In this document: positions 38,802-48,602 of the stretch, in pieces
Layout: each line of letters begins with the position of its first letter
How positions within the stretch are numbered: the stretch's first letter is position 1
Origin: a virus
Taxonomy: Duplodnaviria; Caudoviricetes
Strand: one strand, 5' to 3'
DNA: 64,000 nucleotides
Virus record (IMG/VR): IMGVR_UViG_3300037067_007554
Location: 25,508-89,507 of that record
Made by a program: the position numbers and the translations under genes
Notes under the pieces: generated by a model
The model's input: the letters and a program-made list of their open reading frames with translations, nothing else
Databases searched by the model: none
Told to the model about the DNA's origin: nothing

Positions 38802-39801
38802 TCAGTCGGCATGGTGTTTCTCCATTTCGGCGTCGAACGCCATTTGCTTCGCTCTATGTGATTCTGATCGCACCTCCAGGCCGCAGTCGGCACATCGCAG
38901 AACAACCGTCCAATTCCGAGTTCGACGAACGTACCGCCAGTGTGGAGGATGGGCGCAATTGCAGAACCGCGGCAGTCCCTTACGTGGCATCGTTCGCTCC
39001 CTCCTGCTCTTCCTTCCACAGGACTTCCGCATGAATACACTTCCGGCTTTCGCCGTGTCGTGGGCAGTAGCCGTGGAGGTTACACTTCCGCTTCACGGTT
39101 TCTGACAAACACCCGCATCTGTATTCCTCATACCAGCCGACCCGCACCGGCTCAACCTTCTTGCGCTGCATCATCCGATCCCCTCTTCTCACTTGCCCCG
39201 GCGCTGGCAGAAATTCTCGTCACGGCAAATAGCCGAAACGCCATCCCGCTTCGCCGCGGCGAGTTCACATTGCAGTTGTTCCTCAGCAGCCACCAACTTC
39301 AAACATCGTGTCGGCCTGGCGAATAATCTCTTGTTGTGCGTCGGCAAGTGCGGCCTTCAGCCGAGCGGCCTCAATCTCCAACTCCTCCAGATATTCGTCC
39401 CGCCACGCCTTGCCGGTCGTTCGCACTTCGTGCGGCGGACAGATGGATTCTTCTGGATGATGCTCAAGACAGCTCGGGCAACGTCCGGTAAGTGTTCCCT
39501 TCATGGCTTTTTCCTCCTCTGGCCAGTTCTTGTCCAGCAGTTCCATTAGGCCGTCCCAAGAGTCGAGGCGGTTTAACTCAGCTTGGAGTCGTTCGTTGTC
39601 CTCTCGGAGCGTTGCGATAGCCGCTGGATATGGATCGTGGCACTCCGTAAGGTGCCTCCAATGGTCGGCCTTTGCTAGTTTGGCCTTCAACCGCCCAACC
39701 TCACGAGCCAACACGCCCGCCGCTTCCTGCCATTGTTCTGACACGGCAATACCGCTCTTCACCAAAGCCAGGACGTCCTTTAGGGTCATGTTACCCATCA
39801 C
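38802..39801 (-). CDS. Three hypothetical genes: 38802-39032 (CxxC), 38980-39192, 39283-39801
   Basis: Tiling ORFs. Confidence 0.55.
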
Positions 39802-40004
39802 TCACCTCGTTTTCGCCAGTTGCTCTCGCAAGTATTTCTCGCACTGGATCAGCACCTTGTATTTCTCCACCAGCATCGTCACCGGGTTTGCGTTAGCTTC
39901 GTTGGCGTAATGTGAACCATCGGCCTCCAGTGGAATCGCTATCGCTTCGAGGCTACGTGCCCTTGCAGGCGGTACAACTCGGCTTCAATTTTAGTCTGAT
40001 TCAT
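39802..40004 (-). pseudogene. Frameshifted paralog of the 4158-4358 gene
   Basis: MNQTKIEAELYRLQGHVASKR* then IPLEADG... in a shifted frame; the 203-nt span is 1 nt short of in-frame. Confidence 0.5.
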
Positions 40005-40340
40005 TCCTTCTCCCTTACAGCTTCAGTCACATTCCGAGCAATCGCGAATAGATTCGTTTCGCCCAACGGCTGGCTTGGACCGTAGGACAGAATCGCTGAC
40101 GTGACGTTGGCAAGGATGCTCTTTTGCCGCTCGACCTCAACCAGCAATTCCTTACATCGTTTTAGCAACCTCGCGGCATCCGAGACGCTGACAAACAGAT
40201 CGTTCCCAATGCCGCCACAAACAAGTTCCTGAAGGTCTGGTAGGTCACGCATCGCTTTTCTCCTCCGCGGCCACGGCCGCCTTCACCGCTTCAATCTCCG
40301 CTTTCATGGGGCTGGGCGGCTTCATGTTGGGCTCAACCAT
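40001..40340 (-). CDS. Two hypothetical genes: 40001-40252, 40245-40340
   Basis: Coupled ORFs. Confidence 0.55.
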
Positions 40341-40563
40341 TAGGGTACTCCAGTTCAATCAGCAGGTGCAGAAAGTGGATCGCCTTCTCCAGGTCCTGCC
40401 GGCCGTTCTTTGCACGATGCCGACAGACATACTTGATTACACTACCCTCGATGAAACCCAGTCCGTTCGCGTGTATGAACGTCACGGGCTGGATGACCAT
40501 GGTGCGGTAGTGGTCGCCACCGATTTGGGTTTCGCCATTCACGGGTCGGCCGGGCTCGGTCAT
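40333..40563 (-). CDS. DUF3310 (T7 gp1.7-like nucleotide-kinase domain) protein
   Basis: QIGGDHY..IQP..F.EG.VIKYV.R...KNG..DLEKA..FL. Confidence 0.85.
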   Translation of the reverse strand: MTEPGRPVNGETQIGGDHYRTMVIQPVTFIHANGLGFIEGSVIKYVCRHRAKNGRQDLEKAIHFLHLLIELEYPNG

Positions 40564-41446
40564 TGTGCGGACTCCCTCTTCTTCGCCAGCGCGGCGTCAA
40601 TGGCCTCGGCGGCCGTGGGGCAGGGACCAATCGGCTGCGGGCAGTACCACGGATTTCCGGTGACATGCCAACCGCACGGGTCCCGTCGATACCGAATCTC
40701 CACTTTGCCCTCTACTACGTCCTCAAATAACGCCCGCAGTGCGGTAATCATCCCTTCGGCCACCTCCAACTCCGCGACCACAGCGGGAAGGTCCGCGCGA
40801 GCGTTGACTGAAAACGCACCAGCCGGTCCGCACCAATCCATGTGTTCAATGCGGCCGGGATTTTCAGGAAACCGCCGCACGACGCTACCGCCCGCTGTTA
40901 CGCCCCACGGTCCAGGCGGGGCCGCCTCGCAGTACGCCTTGATTCGGCCGAGGTCGATTGGCTCAGTCACGACGATGCCTCCTTTACCTGTTCGTCAAAT
41001 GGTCCGCTGAACGCCCATGGCACAAGCTCCATCCCTACCCAGGTACCGTTAGGGCGTTTGCACTTTGCAATAACGGAACCATCTCGCGTGGGCTTCGGCT
41101 CCTGCCAAACTAGAAAGCGACCCACGCAACGGAAACAGCGGTCATCTCCAGCAATATGGTAAATCCAGACGTTCACAAACGACTCAGACGAGACGGCCCT
41201 CACGGACTGATGCCATCGAGCTTCGGGCAATGTCATCAACTCGGCCATATAGGCCGCCCTCCTTTTGTCCTCCTCCGCACGGTAATCGCGTTGCCGCTTG
41301 GCGTTCAGCAGGGAGATGACATCGCGGCTGACCCACGGATAGACCTCGTTGTGGCCGACGGTGGGGCAGACGAGTCGCCGTGCCGACCGATTGACCTGGA
41401 TCAGTCGCTTACCACAGTCTGGGCAGTGGGTGATTGGCTCAGTCAT
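40560..41446 (-). CDS. Two hypothetical genes: 40560-40970 (A.PGPW..ARADLP.VV family) and 40967-41446
   Basis: Coupled ORFs; common phage motif. Confidence 0.65.
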
Positions 41447-42033
41447 TTGGCTATTCCCGCAACGATTCCCTGAAGACCGCCCCGGCCAACGAACGCTACT
41501 CGGTCGGAGTCATCCGGCCACGTTCCCCACTTCACGCCCCTGCCACAAAAGCGCCAGACGAGCATCACCCACTGCCCGAGCAGCATCACGTCGTCAAGCA
41601 TCGTGACACACGTCGGGCAAACCTCCATCGAGTCGTCCACTGTGCCATGCCCGTGGCAACGTCCACACGGATGCTCATCTTCGCATTGCGGGCACTTGCA
41701 CTTGCCACTGCCCTTGCAGATGGGGCATTTTCTCTGGCTCCATCCGCTTCCGAAGCAAGTCGGACAAGGGTTGTCTGGCGTAAAGGGCGTCTTCGGCCAC
41801 AGCTTGTCGCAGGTCACATCAGCGAAGTTGTCGAATAGCTCATAGGCGCTGGGGTATTTCTTCCCTTTGGGCGGCGCGGAATCCGGAAGCCCATTCGCTG
41901 GCACACGGACGCAGATACGCCCGTCCGTGGCGTAGGTCCAGTCGCCGAATGTCCACGGGGCCTCCAAAGGGTAGCGGCTACACGTCGTATCGCAGAAGTG
42001 AGTCAGGTCCACTTCCGCAATCTTCCTTCCCAT
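41443..42033 (-). CDS. Protein with DnaJ-type CxxCxGxG zinc fingers
   Basis: CPTCFGSG, CPICKGSG, CGRCHGHG; N-terminal YATDGRI.VRV. Confidence 0.7.
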   Translation of the reverse strand: MGRKIAEVDLTHFCDTTCSRYPLEAPWTFGDWTYATDGRICVRVPANGLPDSAPPKGKKYPSAYELFDNFADVTCDKLWPKTPFTPDNPCPTCFGSGWSQRKCPICKGSGKCKCPQCEDEHPCGRCHGHGTVDDSMEVCPTCVTMLDDVMLLGQWVMLVWRFCGRGVKWGTWPDDSDRVAFVGRGGLQGIVAGIAK

Positions 42034-42061
42034 CGCTTCGCCTCCTGTTAGGGTAAAACAG

Positions 42062-42622
42062 TTAAGACACTTGTCGTCTTGCTTCGATAATCGCCACCCT
42101 CGCCTTGTGAATCGTGCGGGCCTTCTCACGTTCGTCGCCACGCTGGATGGCGTCTATCGCCGCCGCGCAGGCATCAAGAACATTTGGGGATGGTTCGTAC
42201 ACCGCCTTCTCGAATCTCCGCACCAGCGAAGCGACGAATGACCAGGTCGGAGGCGACGAATCAAACCACGGGGCCTGGACGGCGATTTTGGCTTCACCGC
42301 CTTCCGTCACTTCGATCAAGCCCGCCCAGATCGGTAAGTCCGCGGCCTTCAGAATCCCTACTGGAGCCCCGAAGTAGAACTGGTTAGCCATCATCCGTAC
42401 CCGGCGTTGTTTAAGAACCTGCCTTATGTCGCGGAGGTAGTCGCTGCGGGATACCTTGATTTCCACGGAGAGGTGCAAGTACGGACGCTTGACGCTGATT
42501 CCCCACAAGTCAACAGTCCTCTCACCATCGTCTCCGTACCCGCAGCCGACGCGGCACTGCGGAATCCAATAGCTGAGCGGGAAGTCCTTGCGGATCGCAG
42601 CCTCGATATCTTTGGCCTGCAT
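42062..42622 (-). CDS. MmcB-like PD-(D/E)XK DNA repair nuclease
   Basis: RTVDLW..VEIKVSRSDY..D..KQ..FYF.AP..LP.WAGLI. Confidence 0.8.
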   Translation of the reverse strand: MQAKDIEAAIRKDFPLSYWIPQCRVGCGYGDDGERTVDLWGISVKRPYLHLSVEIKVSRSDYLRDIRQVLKQRRVRMMANQFYFGAPVGILKAADLPIWAGLIEVTEGGEAKIAVQAPWFDSSPPTWSFVASLVRRFEKAVYEPSPNVLDACAAAIDAIQRGDEREKARTIHKARVAIIEARRQVS

Positions 42623-42652
42623 CAGAACAACCTTTTCTGCGGCGACTTGCCG

Positions 42653-43057
42653 CTAACTTCCTTTCAACGCCATCGCTACTTCTTCCACAACCTGCAACGG
42701 CCTTTTCGTCAGGTCGTCAGTGGTGTACCGTAACACCCGCCAACCGGCGAGTGCCGCCGCGTTGTATTTCTCGCAATCGCTCTGGTAGTGCTTACCGCGG
42801 GTATGAGCGCCCTTGGTCCAAATTCCGCCTTCCAGTTCTACGGCCAGCCGATGCCACGGAAAAGCCACGTCGAATCGCCACTTTCGCGCAGGATGAAACG
42901 TGAACTCCCGAACTAATTCCGGCGCCGATCCGAACCGCAGCCACAACGCCTCAAAAGTCACGGCCAAATCCACAGGGTTGCTTTTCTTCGGCTTGGTCGC
43001 TTGCTTCTGATAGTCGCTCGGCAGGCGAACGTATTGGTTGGTCTTGAGTCCCTTCAT
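42653..43057 (-). CDS. DUF559/Vsr-like phage endonuclease
   Basis: EFTFHP.RKWRFD.A....AVELEGG.W..G.H....D.EKYN.A...GWRVLR. Confidence 0.85.
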   Translation of the reverse strand: MKGLKTNQYVRLPSDYQKQATKPKKSNPVDLAVTFEALWLRFGSAPELVREFTFHPARKWRFDVAFPWHRLAVELEGGIWTKGAHTRGKHYQSDCEKYNAAALAGWRVLRYTTDDLTKRPLQVVEEVAMALKGS

Positions 43058-43981
43058 GGCGTCGGCTCCCTATCAATCATTGCGTCAATCGCTGCTAGCC
43101 ACTCGGCACACTGCCGCTCGGCATCATTGCGGAGGGCACGCAGGGCAAGAAGGCGAGTGGAAAAAAGTTTTTTGCCATCTCGAATGGTCGTCTTGTCGTT
43201 GTTCCCAAACGAGTGCTCATGACATGATGAACACGCCGGCTCAACCCGCCATGCACTCTGGGAGGCACAGTAGAGGAATCCCTTTACCAAGTTGTGAAAG
43301 CGTGTTGGGATCGGCACATCCGGCAACACAACTGGTGTGCATCGAAGCGCCCTTGCCAACGCCAATTGATGGCGAAGTTCGGCTACCTCGGCTTGCTCTC
43401 GCTTGTTCATGGTCATCGTGTCGGTTCCTTTCCTGCCTTTGCCTTCTCTTCTCGACACGCCCGCTTTAATTGTCGCTCGTGCTCCCTGGCTCGCCTTTCC
43501 AAAAGCCCCATCAGGTATCCCCGCAGGGCCTTGGCTTCAGCCTTGGACACTGGGCCCTGAAAGATGTTGCCGAGTACGTCAATAGAGTGCTCTCGTTTTT
43601 TCTTTGTGTACCTCATGGCGTCGGCTCCTCATTCCACTGGTTATGTGCAAACGGCATGTCGTCCTCGGTCGAGTCCGTTTGTCCAATCAGGCTCATGTAT
43701 TTGCATCGAAAGACTCTAGCATAGACGATGTTGCGACCGGCTATGCGGGCCGTGACCACCGAATGATTAGTGACCCAACGCTCCAGGGCACATCGCGCCT
43801 TTCGTGAATACCATTCCGTAGCTTGTTCGCACTCAGCTACCGTCAGCGTCTCGTACCTATGAAAAAGAATACGGCCACTGTCATCAGGAAATTCCGCCCA
43901 CTCTGGAACCAACTCGGGCCAGTGCAGTTCCCGCTGGACTTCCAGGACGTATTCCATGATCTGGCTGGGAATCGCGGTCAT
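43054..43981 (-). CDS. Three hypothetical genes: 43054-43416, 43413-43616, 43613-43981
   Basis: ATGA-coupled ORFs. Confidence 0.65.
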
Positions 43982-44856
43982 ACGGTCGGTTCCCTTCCTG
44001 GCAATTCCCTGTACCTTGCCCACACCGGCCACTCGCTCACATCAAAGGACACGCGGTTGCCAACGGGAAATGCCTTCACAAACACCCGAACCCCAGCGGC
44101 ATCGCACTGCTCGATCACGAATCGAATCCACGATGGCTTGCACTCGCGCCGGCGGGGGCCTGTCTCGGGGCCGACAATAAGGAAGTCAACAGCCGCTCTC
44201 GCACGCAGTACAACATCATCGTCAAACCGGTCGTAGGGAACCCCATCATCATCACGACATCGTGTTGCCCCATCCCGTGGTGGACGAACTAGAGGAAAAA
44301 CGACTTCTTCCAACAACGGTTCCGCACTAATGAACCGCAACGCCGCTGGGCATCGCAGCAGGTGCGGTATCCGGTCGTTGGCCGACTGTTGATTTTCGAC
44401 CGACGTACCAAGCCATAGATTCGGCTGGGGACAAGGCAGACTGGGATTTTCAACCGCGTACAGATTAGCCTCGACCATCATCCGCAAGACATTTTCAGGT
44501 CGCTTGGTCAACAACAGCCAGTCGAGACGAGGGGTCTCATAGATCAATTGCACGAGCATGGACCGCCAGTAGGTCAATTCCGACCGGTCCTCGAACACGT
44601 CCATGAGGCTTCCGCAGAACACTCGAAAGCGACGGCCCTCCCGCTCAGCCTTTCGATTCCACACTAACGGCTGTTTCCAATAGGCATCACCAGCCAGAAC
44701 CCGATTCCCGTTTGGCCCCCAAACTCCGAACTTGTCCGGCTGGCGGATTCCAAAACGCTCAGCATAGCAGTTGACACAACCAGCCGAGACCTTAGAACAA
44801 CCCCGCCAAGGGTTAAAAGTCGCATCACACCACTCGATTTTCGTTTTCTCGCTCAT
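43978..44856 (-). CDS. DUF5131 (phage Gp37/Gp68) radical-SAM-like protein
   Basis: TKIEW.D.T.NPW.GC.KVS.GC.NCYA; LLLTKRP; WLGTSVENQ; ISAEPLL. Confidence 0.9.
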   Translation of the reverse strand: MSEKTKIEWCDATFNPWRGCSKVSAGCVNCYAERFGIRQPDKFGVWGPNGNRVLAGDAYWKQPLVWNRKAEREGRRFRVFCGSLMDVFEDRSELTYWRSMLVQLIYETPRLDWLLLTKRPENVLRMMVEANLYAVENPSLPCPQPNLWLGTSVENQQSANDRIPHLLRCPAALRFISAEPLLEEVVFPLVRPPRDGATRCRDDDGVPYDRFDDDVVLRARAAVDFLIVGPETGPRRRECKPSWIRFVIEQCDAAGVRVFVKAFPVGNRVSFDVSEWPVWARYRELPGREPTV

Positions 44857-45404
44857 CGCAGCCATTTCCAATTCTGGTTGTTTTTGATTGCCCGGATCGT
44901 GGAAACACTGACGTGATACTCGGACGCTATGTCGATGGGCGGAATACGAGCCGCAAGAAGAGTGCGAATACGTAGAACGTCGGATTCGGTAACCTTCGCA
45001 AGTCCGTTCTTGGTTCCACGCGGTGCTGTCCCATGTTCAACTCGGTCTCCGATGTTTGTGCGATGTGTCGCCCATTGCAGATTGTCAAGCCGGCAGTTCT
45101 CTGGATCTCGGTCAGGATAATGCCGAGCCTCCATCCCTTGTGGTGCCGGTCCGACGAATGCTTCAAGAACAAGAGCGTGAACCGTCCTTCTGACGCACTT
45201 CCCCTGCCGATAAAGGCCAACGGCTGGATAGCCGAAAGTTTGGTGTCCCGGTTTGAGTAGCCGAAAGTCCTCGCTGAGTTTACGTGGTTGATGCCCGTTG
45301 TATTTCCAGGCGGTCCAAACCGTACCGTCGGACCCGACTCGATAGCCGGGGAAGCCTTGGATTGGACGGTACTCGACTTGTGTGGTAGAGTTACTTTCAG
45401 CCAC
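44853..45404 (-). CDS. HNH homing endonuclease 2 (NUMOD4-like, HNH, HTH)
   Basis: YRPIQGFPGYRVGSDG; TVHALVLEAFVGP..ARH..D..N.RLDNL.W. Confidence 0.88.
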   Translation of the reverse strand: MAESNSTTQVEYRPIQGFPGYRVGSDGTVWTAWKYNGHQPRKLSEDFRLLKPGHQTFGYPAVGLYRQGKCVRRTVHALVLEAFVGPAPQGMEARHYPDRDPENCRLDNLQWATHRTNIGDRVEHGTAPRGTKNGLAKVTESDVLRIRTLLAARIPPIDIASEYHVSVSTIRAIKNNQNWKWLR

Positions 45405-45430
45405 GGTAGAACTCCTTATCCGAGTTTGAG

Positions 45431-45502
45431 GTGGTTAGAGCGACCTGGAGGCGCCAACCTTCAGGCCGCTCGCATTCTACCATGACGCTGTTCACTTGTC
45501 TA
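45431..45502 (-). promoter_or_regulatory. sigma70 promoter plus hairpin heading HNH gene 2
   Basis: TAGACA-17-TAGAAT-GCGAGCGGCC..GGTCGCTC-TAACCAC. Confidence 0.7.
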
Positions 45503-45944
45503 GTCCTTTCGCCCTCTGCCAATACATGCCCTTGGCGAGACGCGATGGGGTGGTGGGGATCATAGGGCCTCCCTTGCGGGTTCCGACGCCATTGGCTCTT
45601 TGTGCGCAAGCACAAACTCCAGGCAGACACGTCGGTGAACAACTCCTATCACATGCACGAACACATCCCACGGGATCTCGCTGTCCCTGGCGTACTCCAC
45701 CAAAAACTGCTCGATGTCCGCTTCTGCGTGCTCGCACTTGGTTCGCAAAGTCAAATTACGCATTGCTTTTCTCCTCCACGGCCTCAGCCGCCTTCGTTGT
45801 CACCAGTCCTCGCCCAGCGTGATTCCCATCGCGGACGCACACGACACGCCGGGGCTGTTGCTTCGGCCGCTTCGCGCGGGCCTTGACCCGATTGTAGTAG
45901 GCGATCTGTCTGGCCTTGCCGGGTTGGATTCGATTGAGGTTCAT
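45492..45944 (-). CDS. Three small hypothetical genes: 45492-45563, 45560-45763, 45756-45944
   Basis: Coupled ORFs. Confidence 0.5.
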
Positions 45945-45979
45945 TGGTCACCTGTACTGGTCAAAGGCGGGTTCGTGGG

Positions 45980-47476
45980 TCAGAAGTCATCGTGTCCATC
46001 GTACTGGTCAAAAGCACGCTCTCGATTTGGCATCGTTGCCGCCGTTGGCTCCGGTTCGCACTGGAACATCGTTCGCCAAGCGATCCATTCCAGTTTCACA
46101 GTGCCCGTTTCTCCGTTGCGTTGCTTTGCCACTTCCAATTCCGCCTTGCCGAGGTTCTTGTCCGTGTGGTAGACGAACAGAACCATGTGGGCATCTTGCT
46201 CGATGTTGCCTGATTCGCGTAGGTGTTTCAGTTGTGGGCGGCCAACATCCTCTGATGCCCTGTTCAGTTGCGACAGTGCCAATACCGGCACCCGCAACTC
46301 GCCGGCCAACTGCATCAACTCCCGTGTGATGTCGCCAACCTGTAGGTGCCGGTCCTTTCGGGCATCGGGCGGGGTCACAAGCCCGATGTAGTCCACCACC
46401 ACAAGGGAGAGCCCCTTCTTCCGGAGCCGCCGGGCCGCACGTCGGACATCCGAGACTCGCATCTTCGGCGTATCCAGGATGTAGAACGGAGCCTCTGCCA
46501 GCGGTCCGCTCGCTTTAGAAAGTTCATCAACATCGTTGTCAGAGAGTTTCCCCGCTCGAATTGTCTGGTTACTGATGCCCGCCTGCGTGCAGAGGATTCG
46601 CGTCACCAACTCGACACCCCGCATTTCCAGCGAGACGAACAACACAGCCCTGCCCTCGCTGGCGTTGTGGTGAGCGATCTGGCAGGCAAGGCTCGTCTTC
46701 CCTTCGCGGGTCCGGCCAGCAAGGATGATAAGCTCGCCAGGAAATAGCCCGCCGAAGTACGTGTCGAATTTCTCCAGGCCAGTGAATAGGCCACCACCCT
46801 GGTGCCTGTTTCTGCTCTCATAAATTCGCGTCATCGCCTCAGCAACCATCGGTCGAATTGGCTCAATCTCCGTCGATGCCCCGCTCTCGATCTCCGCAAG
46901 AGCCGCCGTCGCCCTGGAAAGTATTTCCTCGGGTTGGTCGTTCGCCACGTAGGCGTCCTGGAGAGTCTTGGTGGTCGCATGGATAATGCCACGCAAAATG
47001 GACTTTTCCCGAACAATCCTGGAGTAGTATTCCGCGTGTTCGGCCACGGGGACGGATTGGGCCACGTCCGCGATGTAGGCCACGTCTCCGACGGCCTCCA
47101 GGTTGCCGTCCTGTCTGATCCGCTCGACCAGCGTCAGACCGTCCAGTGGTTGGCCAGCCACATCCATCGCCAGCATCGTCTCGAAAATCTTCCGGTGGGC
47201 GTCGGCGTAGAAGTCGGCCGGCCGGAGGATGTTGGACACCTCCGGGAGAAAGTCGCTGTCAATCAGTAGGCTTCCCAAGACGGCCTTTTCGGCGTCCATG
47301 GAACTCGGGGGAAGGCGATCAAGGATTTCACTGCTGACCGGCGATGGCATGGCGAATCCGTTCGTTGGCGATGATCCGTTCGAGGTCTCGGTGGTGGCCG
47401 CGGGTTCCTTTGGGCGAGCCGCCTGGAGCCGTAGCTCGTTCTCGGCTCGGCGTAACTGGTGGGGCTGAGGTCTCAT
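45980..47476 (-). CDS. dnaB: Replicative DNA helicase DnaB
   Basis: PPSSMDAEKAVLGSLL; Walker A AGRTREGKTS; SLEM; VVDYIGL; LSQLNR; LRESGNIEQDA; AKQRNGETG. Confidence 0.95.
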   Translation of the reverse strand: MRPQPHQLRRAENELRLQAARPKEPAATTETSNGSSPTNGFAMPSPVSSEILDRLPPSSMDAEKAVLGSLLIDSDFLPEVSNILRPADFYADAHRKIFETMLAMDVAGQPLDGLTLVERIRQDGNLEAVGDVAYIADVAQSVPVAEHAEYYSRIVREKSILRGIIHATTKTLQDAYVANDQPEEILSRATAALAEIESGASTEIEPIRPMVAEAMTRIYESRNRHQGGGLFTGLEKFDTYFGGLFPGELIILAGRTREGKTSLACQIAHHNASEGRAVLFVSLEMRGVELVTRILCTQAGISNQTIRAGKLSDNDVDELSKASGPLAEAPFYILDTPKMRVSDVRRAARRLRKKGLSLVVVDYIGLVTPPDARKDRHLQVGDITRELMQLAGELRVPVLALSQLNRASEDVGRPQLKHLRESGNIEQDAHMVLFVYHTDKNLGKAELEVAKQRNGETGTVKLEWIAWRTMFQCEPEPTAATMPNRERAFDQYDGHDDF

Positions 47477-48372
47477 CCGACGTACCTCTTGGGTTCTTCA
47501 GGGGGCCCGGGTGGTTGTCCCTTTGGCTTGCGATCGCTATAGTCCTTCAGTGTCACGTACTGGTGAGCCTCAGCGAAATCGACGGAATGGCAGAACGCTT
47601 CTGGTGTCGAGAACAGCCGGAGACACGCTGTTGCCTGCTGGGCCGGGTCCAGTGGGCACTTACCACGCTTGGCAAGATGGCTAAACCAACGCGCGATCGC
47701 CGTTCGGACTTTCGGTGTGTCGAAACCGGCAGGGTAGCAAATCTCGCCGTTCTGTCCGTCGAAAGAAAAAGGGGGTAAGGGGGTTTCTTTGTTTAGTGCG
47801 GGGGCGGGGGCGGGGGCGGGAGGTTCGTCAACCTCCGTCAACTGTCCGTCACAGTGCGTCAACTGTCCGTCACGGTGACGGAGCCCTCCGTCACGGCCCG
47901 TCAACTTTTCCCTACCTTTGCGGTAAGCCATAGTCCTACATGATGGGGAACAATACTTAGCGTGTCGTTCGCTTGAGTGGTATGCAGCCCCGCAGTTTTC
48001 GCATACCTTCTCCCTCTTTCGCTCCGTCTCCCGATGACGCCGATGGGCAACGTAGTCCGGTGCGTGGTCGAAAAGGTCATGCACCTGATACCTCACTTCA
48101 CCTCCCAAAACTCCATCGGTATGAACGCCTTCTATGAATCCAAAAAACCCATCACCGCCGCACGTAAGCAACGCCTGAACTAATCTCCCAGGCTCTCCGG
48201 GGTACTCGCATGTCGCTTCGACCATCGCCGCATTACCGATTATGGGATCTCCGTTCTCGTAGGCCGCCTCCCATAGGCATTCCAGGTATCCTCTGACGTG
48301 TGGACGTGGTTCCCCAAGGAGACGAAGTAGGTTGCGAAACTTCGGATGTCTGTCGAGTCCAGGTCGGGCCAT
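47473..48372 (-). CDS. Phage replication initiator (lambda O-like) with internal zinc finger
   Basis: N-terminal HPKF..L wHTH; CENC..KYCSPSC; internal DNA repeats; TPLPP linker; directly upstream of dnaB. Confidence 0.7.
   Translation of the reverse strand: MARPGLDRHPKFRNLLRLLGEPRPHVRGYLECLWEAAYENGDPIIGNAAMVEATCEYPGEPGRLVQALLTCGGDGFFGFIEGVHTDGVLGGEVRYQVHDLFDHAPDYVAHRRHRETERKREKVCENCGAAYHSSERHAKYCSPSCRTMAYRKGREKLTGRDGGLRHRDGQLTHCDGQLTEVDEPPAPAPAPALNKETPLPPFSFDGQNGEICYPAGFDTPKVRTAIARWFSHLAKRGKCPLDPAQQATACLRLFSTPEAFCHSVDFAEAHQYVTLKDYSDRKPKGQPPGPPEEPKRYVG
47826..47905. repeat. Iteron-like CGTCA(A/C) repeats inside the initiator gene (putative origin)
   Basis: CGTCAACTGTCCGTCAC at 47836 and 47857 plus partial copies. 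Confidence 0.65.
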
Positions 48373-48602
48373 GGTCATGCCTGCAAACGAAAAGCCCCGT
48401 TCCGCCGTGACCCTTGGTTGGGCCAAAGGATGAGCCCGGCCGCCCTCACGGGTAGGCCAGGGTCACAGCGGAACAGGGCTTTCGGTTCAGTCATCGAGAA
48501 GATCCTTTGTTTGACCATCCCTAATTGTTCAAATCCAAAAACATATCGCAACAAGGAATTGGTCCAAGCATCATTTTGTCCAAACTCGTTGCTACGCAAG
48601 GA

